Shown here in pieces: positions 18,801-27,422 of a DNA stretch of 64,000 nt. The stretch lies in the IMG/VR virus record IMGVR_UViG_3300021335_000004, one strand, 5' to 3'. The first letter of the stretch is position 1. Every line of letters starts with the position of its first letter. The notes below the pieces were generated by a model. It searched no databases, was not told the origin of the DNA, and saw nothing but the letters and a program-made list of their open reading frames with translations. A program made the position numbers and the translations under genes. Source of the stretch: a virus.

Positions 18801-19814
18801 TTATACCTGTGTTCCTGATGATCCATAAACAGCTACAGTTAATTCTCCTACATCTATAGCACTAACATCAGAAGAGTGGGGATTTTTATCTATAGTAGTT
18901 GATCCTGTATTATTACCTCCCCCCATTACAAATCCGTCTGTAGTAGAGTTAGCTCCAGCAACATAAGTTCTAGCTTCTGTTGATGCTCCTGCTACAGTAC
19001 TTCGTATTACGTCTGAAGAAAATGGAAATTTGGATCGGTTGCTGGTTCCACCAAAAGCACTAGTAATATATCCATCAGTTTCACTACTGTGTCCTGTTCC
19101 CTGATATAAACTCGGACCGGCAGGGTTAATTAACGTCCAAGAAGTATCCGATGCAAAAGATGATTTTCTATCTCTACCGCTATAACCAGTTACATAAAAA
19201 TTTTCATTACTATTTGACCCTTGAGCCCAGACAGCTTCTTCATTTGCAGATTCAGCTATATCTGTAGCATTAGTATCAGAAGAAAAAGGATATTTATCTA
19301 CAGTAGAAGTTCTTCCTGATGTGCTCGAGTTAGTAGAGCCTGTAAGAGCATATCCGTGTGTTGAGCTTTGCGAACCTACTACTCCTGTACGAGCAGAAGT
19401 CATATTACCTATACTTAGAACAGGTGTACCTGAAGAAAAAGGAAATTTTGTTATTGTAGAATAAACAGTAGGGCCAGGAAAGTAATTGCCTCCTGCCATA
19501 TACCCATCAGTTCTAGAAGCTGTTGATTGTGCTCCTATATAATAAAGTTGAAATAAACCACTAGTAGTTACTGCAGTAGTTGTACCAGAAGCAAAAGAAA
19601 ATGAGTCTAGTCTATTTTGAATAGTACCTGGCCCAGTTCTTCCACCCATATTATACCCATCAGCAGAACCTTGTGCATATGGAGGCAAGGGTGCAGCAGT
19701 AAAAGTATCAGTACTTAAACGCACAGCACCACTATAAAAATCATAAGAAAGTTTAGTACCATCTACTGTTGTATTAGCTACTTTTAACGCGTGAATAGGA
19801 AATTTTTGTGTCAT
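18801..19814 (-). CDS. beta-propeller (Kelch-like) repeat protein, paralog 2
   Basis: Repeats GYxxGG...KFPFSS.T...; GAGG RBS downstream serves the next gene; ends GTQV like paralog 3. Confidence 0.7.
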   Translation of the reverse strand: MTQKFPIHALKVANTTVDGTKLSYDFYSGAVRLSTDTFTAAPLPPYAQGSADGYNMGGRTGPGTIQNRLDSFSFASGTTTAVTTSGLFQLYYIGAQSTASRTDGYMAGGNYFPGPTVYSTITKFPFSSGTPVLSIGNMTSARTGVVGSQSSTHGYALTGSTNSSTSGRTSTVDKYPFSSDTNATDIAESANEEAVWAQGSNSNENFYVTGYSGRDRKSSFASDTSWTLINPAGPSLYQGTGHSSETDGYITSAFGGTSNRSKFPFSSDVIRSTVAGASTEARTYVAGANSTTDGFVMGGGNNTGSTTIDKNPHSSDVSAIDVGELTVAVYGSSGTQV

Positions 19815-20887
19815 ACTTGAGTTCCTGCCGCATAATATCTTAATTGAGTTAAATTACCAATGTCGGTTGCATCTGTGTCTGAAGTAAATGGAAAAATGTC
19901 AATTATATTAGTAATTCCACTAGGGCCAGTACCACCACTAGCATATCCATGAGTAGTACTTGATTGTCCAGCTACTTGATACCTTGATGCAGTTATATCG
20001 CCAATATTGGTTGCGTCTTCGTCTGCGGTAAAACTAAACTTATCAATAGTGGTTGTAAAGGGAGAAATTCCATTTTCAGTACCCCCACTAGTGTATCCAT
20101 GCGTAACGCTTGATTGTCCAGCCATACCGTGCCTTTTAACAGAAGTATCACCAACATCGGTTGCATCTACATCTGAGCTAAAAGAAAATTTATCAATTGT
20201 GTTCACAGAGTCTGATGATGCCACGCTAAAACCCCCTGAAGAGTACCCATGAGTACCGCTTGTCTGCCCAGCGTGTTGGTATCTTATTACAGTTAGATCG
20301 CCAACATCAGTTGCGTTTGTATCTGAGCTAAAAGGAAATTTATCAATTATATTATACGACGAAGCACCTTCGCCCCCAGTATTGTACCCATGAGTAGTGC
20401 TTGACTGTCCTGTTGTACCATATCTACCTGTTTGCAAATCACCAACGTCTGATGCGTTTGTATCTGAGCTGAAAGGAAACTTATCAATTGTTAAGTATGT
20501 GTATGATGTTTCAAAACCCCCACTAGTGTATCCATGAGTAGTGCTTGACTGTCCTGTTACGTAATATCTTGATAAAGTTACATCACCGACATCAGTTGCG
20601 TCTGTATTTGAGCTAAAAGGAAACTTATCAATTACATTACTTACTGCACTGGATTGGCCTGTTGCGGTGTATCCAGCAGTACTTCCCGGAAAATGATTAG
20701 TGAGTGACTCTGGCACATCATCAACAAATGTACCTCTATACAAACCTGCTCGTTTTTGGTATAATCCCACACCAGTATTAAAAGTAGTATTGCCCAAGAA
20801 TACTACATTAGCACCATTAAGAGTATTAGCAGTATTATTAGCGAGCCTAAAATTAATTAGTGATACTGGAACAGTAGTTAAACTCAT
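19811..20887 (-). CDS. beta-propeller (Kelch-like) repeat protein, paralog 3
   Basis: Six highly similar repeats IDKFPFSSDTNATDVGDLT..RY..GQSSTTHGYxSGG. Confidence 0.75.
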   Translation of the reverse strand: MSLTTVPVSLINFRLANNTANTLNGANVVFLGNTTFNTGVGLYQKRAGLYRGTFVDDVPESLTNHFPGSTAGYTATGQSSAVSNVIDKFPFSSNTDATDVGDVTLSRYYVTGQSSTTHGYTSGGFETSYTYLTIDKFPFSSDTNASDVGDLQTGRYGTTGQSSTTHGYNTGGEGASSYNIIDKFPFSSDTNATDVGDLTVIRYQHAGQTSGTHGYSSGGFSVASSDSVNTIDKFSFSSDVDATDVGDTSVKRHGMAGQSSVTHGYTSGGTENGISPFTTTIDKFSFTADEDATNIGDITASRYQVAGQSSTTHGYASGGTGPSGITNIIDIFPFTSDTDATDIGNLTQLRYYAAGTQV

Positions 20888-21039
20888 TTTTTTCTTACCT
20901 GTTTACGAATAGGAGCATTAGCAATTCCATAAGAAAAACTAGGGCTTTTAGTAGATCTCTTACGGGCATTATATAGTTTTTTAATTTGTTTTTTAGAAGC
21001 TATAGTAGAAGTAAAAGCATCTACACTAGTGATTGACAT
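20884..21039 (-). CDS. small basic protein, 51 aa (not in ORF track)
   Basis: MSITSVDAFTSTIASKKQIKKLYNARKRSTKSPSFSYGIANAPIRKQVRKK; AAGGAG RBS; ATGA-coupled to the next gene. Confidence 0.7.
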   Translation of the reverse strand: MSITSVDAFTSTIASKKQIKKLYNARKRSTKSPSFSYGIANAPIRKQVRKK

Positions 21040-21050
21040 GTTTTCTCCTT

Positions 21051-21092
21051 AAAAAAATATAGAGGAAATGCCTTTCGACAGTTCCTCTATAT
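21051..21092 (-). terminator. Rho-independent terminator
   Basis: Minus strand ATATAGAGGAA-C-TGTC-GAAA-GGCA-T-TTCCTCTATAT followed by a T run. Confidence 0.8.
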
Positions 21093-21113
21093 GAACTACT
21101 GTTAAAGCACTTC

Positions 21114-21407
21114 TTATTTACTGAAGTTTTTGTGTTTTACAACTTTTGGCTTATATACAGTACCATCTGATGAAGAAAATTCTCCGACCATAGTAACATT
21201 TTCAAGAGAAGCTCTATTATTCATAACTCTATTAGCTTCATCATATTTCAAAATATTTTCAAGATCTTTATTAACTTCATTACCTGCAATAGTTCTATAC
21301 AAACTGCCGCCAACCGGTTCTACTTTTCCTTCTCCTCTGAGTTTTTTAGAACGCTCTAAACGCTGTTCAAAAGACTCTCTTTCAGGTCCTGCATATTTTT
21401 CAGCCAT
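21114..21407 (-). CDS. hypothetical protein
   Basis: 97-aa ORF, tightly packed behind the upstream gene. Confidence 0.65.
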   Translation of the reverse strand: MAEKYAGPERESFEQRLERSKKLRGEGKVEPVGGSLYRTIAGNEVNKDLENILKYDEANRVMNNRASLENVTMVGEFSSSDGTVYKPKVVKHKNFSK

Positions 21408-21408
21408 T

Positions 21409-21693
21409 TTACTTCATATCCTTAATCATGTTAGGAAATTTACCACGACCGTTTCCACCCATATTACGAGAACCACTTGATCCTCCAACAGATGATTTTT
21501 TAGTCATTGCGCCTTCTGCCTCAACACCGTCTACAGTAGCAGAATAACCTGACATTCCAGAATTTCCGTAATTAGTTGCTTGTTTCATTTTTTTGTTTGT
21601 ATTCATTGGTCCTTTATCGGTTCCACCGATTGGGGCACCTGGTTGTGATTTAAGACCTAAATCTACACCCTGTCCACTTACCATTCTAGCCAT
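21409..21693 (-). CDS. Gly/Lys-rich low-complexity small protein
   Basis: AGGAG RBS; 94 aa, likely disordered. Confidence 0.7.
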   Translation of the reverse strand: MARMVSGQGVDLGLKSQPGAPIGGTDKGPMNTNKKMKQATNYGNSGMSGYSATVDGVEAEGAMTKKSSVGGSSGSRNMGGNGRGKFPNMIKDMK

Positions 21694-21696
21694 AAT

Positions 21697-21942
21697 TTAT
21701 CTCCTTTTTCTTTTGTAGAATTCTTTTCTACTCATTGCTTGATTTTTAAAAGGTGTGTAATACGCACACCATTCTTCGTTTGATAATCCAGAACCACTAG
21801 GACGTCTTTTATGAGGTCGAGTTACCATTCTACCTGCTGGAGTATAAAAAGCACATAAAGGAGGTCTGTCAAATGCTCGTACATCTGAACTCATTCTCTC
21901 CCAAGCCTTAGTTCCGTTTGTTACTTTTCTTCTTATTCTCAT
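21697..21942 (-). CDS. Arg/Lys-rich small protein
   Basis: 81 aa with two CA(F/Y)YTP motifs; ATG lies 5 nt after a -10 box. Confidence 0.65.
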   Translation of the reverse strand: MRIRRKVTNGTKAWERMSSDVRAFDRPPLCAFYTPAGRMVTRPHKRRPSGSGLSNEEWCAYYTPFKNQAMSRKEFYKRKRR

Positions 21943-21947
21943 AGCTT

Positions 21948-21976
21948 ATTATGACTTATTTATCATGAGTTGACAA
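21948..21976 (-). promoter_or_regulatory. sigma70-type promoter, probably leaderless transcript
   Basis: TTGTCA-17 nt-CATAAT-aagct-ATG. Confidence 0.65.
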
Positions 21977-22170
21977 ATATTTTATTTAAATTTTGCTCTA
22001 CTAATATAAAAAAGTTTTAGCTATGACTATATTATTTTTTATACTCTCTATTTTTATATCTAAATTAGTTTTTTCATAAGGAATATAAAAATTTTCTACT
22101 TTGTCGTAAGCATATGCACCATAAAATATTAGTCCTATTAAATAAATTAGAGCTATTAAGAAAAGATATA

Positions 22171-22644
22171 TCATGATGCAAACAGTGCTACAAAAAAAGC
22201 ACCACACCCAAGAACAACACAACCGCCAACAATTAAAAATAATTTAACTTGTTCCCAGAATTCTGATTCTTCTTGACGTTTTTTAATCCTAGCTAATCTT
22301 GCTGCTTCTTTCTGTTCTGTTATTCGTTTTGCTCTTTCATCAATAATAGATTGCCAAGTTCCAGGGCCAAATCGCATATCAACAAGAGTTTTTACTTCTT
22401 GCATTTTTTCTTGGGCTATTTTAGCATCTATCATTTCTTGGGCAACAGAATCAATGCCGAATTGGTCTTTGAGACCTATTCCTGCTTTTTTATTTCTTTG
22501 CTTATCAAGTTCTTGTTGACCTTGAAATACGCTGTCTATAGCTCCTGCTATTTCTCCAATATCTTTAGCAGTGTCTATATTAGATTTAATAAAATCTACA
22601 CCAGCCTTTAAAAGAGATAACGCAGCTAATCCTTCTGCTATCAT
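22171..22644 (-). CDS. membrane-anchored coiled-coil protein
   Basis: Helical/coiled-coil body with a hydrophobic C-terminal TM segment; GAGG RBS. Confidence 0.7.
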   Translation of the reverse strand: MIAEGLAALSLLKAGVDFIKSNIDTAKDIGEIAGAIDSVFQGQQELDKQRNKKAGIGLKDQFGIDSVAQEMIDAKIAQEKMQEVKTLVDMRFGPGTWQSIIDERAKRITEQKEAARLARIKKRQEESEFWEQVKLFLIVGGCVVLGCGAFFVALFAS

Positions 22645-22728
22645 TTTTCCTCATCCAATTTCTCCCCTTCATTTTTATTATATTCTGTACAACTTTTTAG
22701 GGTGTACTAAGTTCTAGAAACGATATAA

Positions 22729-23244
22729 TTATCTATTAGCAAGAGGGTTATCTAAAGCTCTTTGAAGTTGCTTTTCCATATCAGATTCTAGGGTTTCAAT
22801 TTTCGTTTCAAGTATATCACGTGTTGCTGTATTTTCACGAATCAGAAGATCTTTCTGTGCTACATACTGATTGAGCAGATCTTGTCTTTTAACTTCAAAT
22901 CTTTCTTCTGCATCATCAATTGTAGTACGTACATCATCCTCTACATTGTTAATATCATCTTCAACCTTATCTACTATACGCTCAATACGAACAATATCAT
23001 CTCTTAAACCATTCTTAATGTCGCGTGAATATTCCAATGCTTCGTCTAGTTTAGTTTCAAGTACATCATTACGTGCGTCAATTGCGGCTGTATCAATATT
23101 CTGAATAATCTCTTTCATATTCATATAATCTTTATAGAACTCAAAACCAGCCCACAAGCCGCCACCAAGTGTTCCTATTAGTGGAAGTATAAGCAGTAGT
23201 TTAGAACCTCCAACTTTTATTCCCCCATATTCTATTTCTGCCAT
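22729..23244 (-). CDS. N-terminal TM plus coiled-coil protein
   Basis: LLLILPLIGTLGGGLWAGF TM segment, acidic heptads, ends ALDNPLAN; AGGAG RBS. Confidence 0.75.
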   Translation of the reverse strand: MAEIEYGGIKVGGSKLLLILPLIGTLGGGLWAGFEFYKDYMNMKEIIQNIDTAAIDARNDVLETKLDEALEYSRDIKNGLRDDIVRIERIVDKVEDDINNVEDDVRTTIDDAEERFEVKRQDLLNQYVAQKDLLIRENTATRDILETKIETLESDMEKQLQRALDNPLANR

Positions 23245-23252
23245 CGTGTCTC

Positions 23253-25337
23253 CTATTGGTATTGTAAGTTTTCCATTGCAGCAAAACCAGGATCATTTAA
23301 GAACCATCTTGCAAATGCGTGATCTACAGTTGGTTTTGGTGGGTAGAAATTAATTTGATTTATTTGTTCTTTCTCTGCATATGTCTTGAAATCTGGTACA
23401 AAGGATATCAAAGCAAGTAATCTACGCTGTATTTCCATTTGTTGTTCTAATGTAACAGCAGCTTCAAGTTCTTTTACAGTTTCTATAGCTTTCATTGCAA
23501 TAAGTAACCTCATCTTATTATTTTTCGAAGTAACAGGATCAACTTTAGGCATTGCCTTGCCCGGTATATTCTCAACGTATTCAGGTTTAGAATTTTCTAA
23601 CTCAGCTAATTCTTTTTCAATGTCGTCTTCTTGATTAGTATTACCCACACCTGTCTCTGAACTATCACCTTTATTACTAGATTCTTCTTCTAATTTAGCT
23701 AGCTCTGCATCGATGTCATCCATCATTTCGAGCTCGCCCAGCTCCTCATTTATATCATCATCCACAGTTTGAAAACCTGAATCTGCTTCTGCTTGCTCCT
23801 GTTCAATAACTATTTCTTCTTGAGCTACTGTATCAACAGGTGTTTCATATATCTCTGGTTGAATAGATTCAGCATTAATTATATCATCTACAAGAGGAGA
23901 TAAAACTGTAAACTCTCCATCATTACCAGACAAATCAACATAACCAGGGCATGTATTGTCGTACTGAGGATCTAACGAACACTGCTGATTAAAGTAAGCA
24001 ACATCATAATCAACACAACCCCTATCATATAATGGATCTTCTTTACACATTGCAATATAGTAATCAGGGCATTGAGGATCTGATTTAGGATTTGTATTAC
24101 ACTGTTGTGTAAATTGAGCATTGTTATAACCACTACAATTAGGATCATATAAAGGGTTCAAACTACACTGCTGATTAAAATATGCAGTAGCATAACCTGA
24201 ACAGTTAGTATCAATTAAAGGATTGATAGTACATGCGTTAAAGTTATTAGTGTAGTCAGGACATAAACTATCGTTAAGATGGTAGTTTGTAACACATGTG
24301 TTATAAGCAGTCTTATAACCATAACAATTACTATCATACAATGCATTGATTACACAGTTTTGTGTATTAGTAGCATAGTTAGGACACTTGCTATCATTCA
24401 AGTGATAGTTAGTATTACACGTAGCTAAAGCTGTTTGATAACCTGGACATCCTACATCATATAGCGGGTCTATTATACACTGTTGATTGTAATACGCTAC
24501 TGCATAACCTGGGCAGGTTGGATCAACTAAAGGGTTTGCTGCGCATTGCTGTTGCAACCATGCTGCTTGATACCCTGGACAGCTTGGATCATATAGCGGG
24601 TTCTGTGTACATTGCTGATTAAATAACGCTTGTGCATAACCCGGACAGGCAGGATCATATAGTTGATTATTATAACAAGGATCAGCTGAATAGTTCACGT
24701 AGATATATGACTCGTCTGCTCTGAACTCAGGCCCCCAATAACCAGCCTGCCCAGCAATATCTTGTCCAGTAACCAGTATTTCCACGTTACCAAAATAACT
24801 TGGTGTCAGAAAGTTCTGATTGAAAGTTTCTGTGCCTTGGTCATACGTCCAGTTTGCAAAATTCTGTCCATAGTCATACTTGTAACTTTTGAATAGATTA
24901 CCGTTTGAGTCGTATACGTTGACAACAATCTCAAAAGGGTCTACTCCACCACCGCCGGGTTGTCCAGAAAAATAGTTTGAGTTACCATTTTTGTAAACCC
25001 ATTGATAGTCAAACCCATCAACTTGAATACCGGCTGCCTGTAGTGCTTGATTTATTGCGATTGTATTTGAAAGGGTTTGTTGTGTACCACTCCAATAGTA
25101 AGTAGTACCATTGGCAGTTTGTTGTGCCTCGTGAATGTCACCTTGATCAGTAGTACCTGCCCAACAATCGACATTTTGAGTACACTGACTCAATGTTCCT
25201 GTCCAGCCATTTCCTAATACTATTATATCCCCAGTTTGACCACTAGTTGTTGCTTGTTGTGCACTAGAGGAGGAGTAGTAACAGAGCGAGAGAAATACCG
25301 CCAGCAGCAATCGCGCCATTGCGTTTCTGAACATCAC
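23253..25337 (-). CDS. exported protein with 12 Cys-pair repeats
   Basis: Signal peptide; 12 copies of C-x9/10-C-x-x-Y (C..NPLYDP.CPGY); acidic linker; helical C-terminus. Confidence 0.8.
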   Translation of the reverse strand: MMFRNAMARLLLAVFLSLCYYSSSSAQQATTSGQTGDIIVLGNGWTGTLSQCTQNVDCWAGTTDQGDIHEAQQTANGTTYYWSGTQQTLSNTIAINQALQAAGIQVDGFDYQWVYKNGNSNYFSGQPGGGGVDPFEIVVNVYDSNGNLFKSYKYDYGQNFANWTYDQGTETFNQNFLTPSYFGNVEILVTGQDIAGQAGYWGPEFRADESYIYVNYSADPCYNNQLYDPACPGYAQALFNQQCTQNPLYDPSCPGYQAAWLQQQCAANPLVDPTCPGYAVAYYNQQCIIDPLYDVGCPGYQTALATCNTNYHLNDSKCPNYATNTQNCVINALYDSNCYGYKTAYNTCVTNYHLNDSLCPDYTNNFNACTINPLIDTNCSGYATAYFNQQCSLNPLYDPNCSGYNNAQFTQQCNTNPKSDPQCPDYYIAMCKEDPLYDRGCVDYDVAYFNQQCSLDPQYDNTCPGYVDLSGNDGEFTVLSPLVDDIINAESIQPEIYETPVDTVAQEEIVIEQEQAEADSGFQTVDDDINEELGELEMMDDIDAELAKLEEESSNKGDSSETGVGNTNQEDDIEKELAELENSKPEYVENIPGKAMPKVDPVTSKNNKMRLLIAMKAIETVKELEAAVTLEQQMEIQRRLLALISFVPDFKTYAEKEQINQINFYPPKPTVDHAFARWFLNDPGFAAMENLQYQ

Positions 25338-25875
25338 TTTTTGTCTCCATATCTTCTATGGGCGGAATACGGCCTGGATTAGCTTCCCAACTATCAGCAG
25401 CTTTATCGCCAATTTTACCAAGATATGGACAAGGCGTTCCAGCCATTTCCATTGCATCATATACTCTACGATCTTGACAAAGTACAGATACAGCTGCAAC
25501 TTTCATCCCCATATCATATAATGTCTTACTTATTTTAAGTCTTTCACAGTTTTTATCCCTGACCATCTCACCTGATGAGATACCAAGTATTTGAGTTTGT
25601 ACTGCGCCAGAAACTCCGGACAGACATAGATCTGATGATGAAGAACCTACACCAGGCGATATAGCACTTGGCGGTGGAGATACAACTATAGTACGAGAAC
25701 TTGCATCTGTTTCAACTTTTGAATTTGATTTAGAATCTGTAATAACTGTTGATGCAGTCTGCGCAATTGCTTGATTTTCATTAGCAAAGACCAGAATGAA
25801 AAATACTACGACAAGCAAACTTATCATAGTACATAATGGTAATACTACCTCTGTCTTTTCTCTTATTTTTACCAT
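25264..25875 (-). CDS. membrane/exported Cys-containing protein
   Basis: N-terminal TM/signal; PPPSAISP..DLC, D.NCERLK.SK.LYDMGMKVAAVS.LCQD.RV..AM.MAGTPCP; C-terminal TM. Confidence 0.8.
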   Translation of the reverse strand: MVKIREKTEVVLPLCTMISLLVVVFFILVFANENQAIAQTASTVITDSKSNSKVETDASSRTIVVSPPPSAISPGVGSSSSDLCLSGVSGAVQTQILGISSGEMVRDKNCERLKISKTLYDMGMKVAAVSVLCQDRRVYDAMEMAGTPCPYLGKIGDKAADSWEANPGRIPPIEDMETKSDVQKRNGAIAAGGISLALLLLLL

Positions 25876-25894
25876 TTATTAGCATTTTCCCCAT

Positions 25895-26143
25895 TCATCT
25901 ATGCGATCTAGTTTTCTTTGCTATTTTCTTAGGCTGTTTAACAAACTGCTTACCAGCTTTGGAACCTTTGCGTTTAGCACTATTAGTAGCAGCTTTTTCG
26001 CCAGAAGATAACGAAGACCAAGCAGATTTAGGTAAATACCTACCTCGCTTTTTACGAGGTTTTTTACTTTCATCTTTATTAGAGTATCCCCATTCTTGGC
26101 GAGTCCAATTAACTAAAGATTGTTGAGTAGGTTTTCTAGCCAT
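25895..26143 (-). CDS. small basic protein (C-terminal half of a DUF5872-like module)
   Basis: QQSL..WT.QEW...GRYLPKSAW..LS..EK.ATN..KRKG...GKQFV. Confidence 0.7.
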   Translation of the reverse strand: MARKPTQQSLVNWTRQEWGYSNKDESKKPRKKRGRYLPKSAWSSLSSGEKAATNSAKRKGSKAGKQFVKQPKKIAKKTRSHR

Positions 26144-26328
26144 TATTTTTTATACCCTCCACCAGCTGACTTATATGCTTTAGCTAGCATTTGTGCTTTA
26201 CGTGCGCTCCATTGTCCTGGTGCGCCGCCTTTTCCGCCTGATTTAATTCTTTGAAATAAGCGTTTTCTCATGGTTGGTTTAGTATAAACTTTAGCTTCGT
26301 TAACTCTAGACTTAGGTTTTTTTGCCAT
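26143..26328 (-). CDS. small basic protein (N-terminal half of a DUF5872-like module)
   Basis: YTKPTMRKRLF..IK.GGKGG.PGQWSARKAQMLA..YK..GGGY; TAATG-coupled to the next ORF. Confidence 0.75.
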   Translation of the reverse strand: MAKKPKSRVNEAKVYTKPTMRKRLFQRIKSGGKGGAPGQWSARKAQMLAKAYKSAGGGYKK

Positions 26329-26443
26329 TTTCTTTTCTCTTTTTCATTCGCTCAATAAACTTTTTTCTAACTGTATCTTCCCACTCTTTTTCAGCAGTTT
26401 TAGTTTCTTTAGTTTTAAATATATTTTTTAATTTATCAATCAT
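26312..26443 (-). CDS. small Lys-rich protein, 43 aa (not in ORF track)
   Basis: MIDKLKNIFKTKETKTAEKEWEDTVRKKFIERMKKRKENGKKT; ATGA-coupled to the upstream ORF. Confidence 0.5.
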   Translation of the reverse strand: MIDKLKNIFKTKETKTAEKEWEDTVRKKFIERMKKRKENGKKT

Positions 26444-27045
26444 TTTATAAAAGCACCTATTCTACCGTGTAAATCTGGATATTCAACATATTTCCAATCT
26501 TCAGGGGGTTGGGTATTATCATCTTCCCATACCGGAATAAAATCAGAATTATCCCATTGAAAATCTAAATTACGTCTTAATTGACATTCAATTAATTTAT
26601 TACCAATAAACTCACAATTTATATAATCATAAGGTATATTATTAAGTATAGTCGGGAAACTAACTATTTTTTCTAAGGCTGGAAAGTCATCAACTTTAGA
26701 CCAAGCATCCCAATACATTAGTTCTTCTGGATCTTTAAAACCTTCTACACACAATACTACTTTTTTATTTCTATAATCAACAGATAAATGTCTACCCTTA
26801 AACCACTCACACCAAAAATATCCTATTGGTAAATTATCAGTATCTTTATCAATCCAAACACGCTCTGCTCCAAATCCTAATCCCATAAGATTCATTATAG
26901 GTCTGACTATATACCAGCCAGGTTTTGGAACATCAACTCCTATAGGTCCACATACGTATCCTAATTTTTTAGATAAGATTAACTTATCATAAATCCAAAT
27001 ATCTTCAGGCTTTAAAATAGCCCACACCTCGTCTTCAGTATTCAC
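26440..27045 (-). CDS. ATP-grasp-like protein
   Basis: YDKL, YIVRP..N..G.G.GA, FWCEWF.G.HLSVD, INCEFIG.KLIECQLR resemble the ATP-grasp motifs DK, VxKP-G-G-G, QEY-G-E-SVD, EvNxR; GTGA coupling. Confidence 0.55.
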   Translation of the reverse strand: MNTEDEVWAILKPEDIWIYDKLILSKKLGYVCGPIGVDVPKPGWYIVRPIMNLMGLGFGAERVWIDKDTDNLPIGYFWCEWFKGRHLSVDYRNKKVVLCVEGFKDPEELMYWDAWSKVDDFPALEKIVSFPTILNNIPYDYINCEFIGNKLIECQLRRNLDFQWDNSDFIPVWEDDNTQPPEDWKYVEYPDLHGRIGAFIK

Positions 27046-27218
27046 TTCTTTTTCTTTTTTGCTAAAATAGCTTTCTGAAGTGCAGGAGGAAGTTTCTTTT
27101 GGGCAGCGCTTAATCCTGCACCATTAGGTTTTTTCTTAGCATCAGCTTTTTTAGAGGTATTTTTACTCATAAAAGCTGGTTTACCGTTCTTCATCGGCAT
27201 CTTTTTATGTTTAGCCAT
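27042..27218 (-). CDS. small Lys-rich protein, 58 aa (not in ORF track)
   Basis: MAKHKKMPMKNGKPAFMSKNTSKKADAKKKPNGAGLSAAQKKLPPALQKAILAKKKKK; GGAG RBS; its stop overlaps the GTG of the next gene. Confidence 0.75.
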   Translation of the reverse strand: MAKHKKMPMKNGKPAFMSKNTSKKADAKKKPNGAGLSAAQKKLPPALQKAILAKKKKK

Positions 27219-27264
27219 TGTTTATTCTCCAATCTCAAGTCAAAATTATCACGTAAATAAAGTA

Positions 27265-27315
27265 GCGGAGACTCCGTCTCCGCGTTGTGCCACTTCGTGG
27301 CATCTTGTTGCAACA
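27265..27315. repeat. tandem GC-rich inverted repeats (two triloop hairpins and a palindrome)
   Basis: GCGGAGAC-TCC-GTCTCCGC (27265-27283), TGCCAC-TTC-GTGGCA (27288-27302), TGTTGCAACA (27306-27315). Confidence 0.85.
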
Positions 27316-27393
27316 TAGGGGAAAGCCATGTTCATTCTATGTTCAATTAAGTAAAAATAAAATTTTATGTTGATTGCATCTAAGTTCAAACTA

Positions 27394-27422
27394 ATAGTAA
27401 CACAAATTTTGCTATTCTGCAA
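27394..27422 (-). promoter_or_regulatory. sigma70-type promoter with a long leader
   Basis: TTGCAG-17 nt-TACTAT with extended TG; about 170 nt to the next ATG (27218). Confidence 0.55.

Noticed and set aside
19811-20887. Propeller or fibre repeats as DGR template/variable regions
   Set aside because: No reverse transcriptase in the window, and the differences are not adenine-specific.
22001-22222. 73-aa ORF as listed
   Set aside because: The listed start overlaps the upstream gene. A shorter TM peptide starting MIYLFLIAL is plausible but was not supported well enough to annotate.
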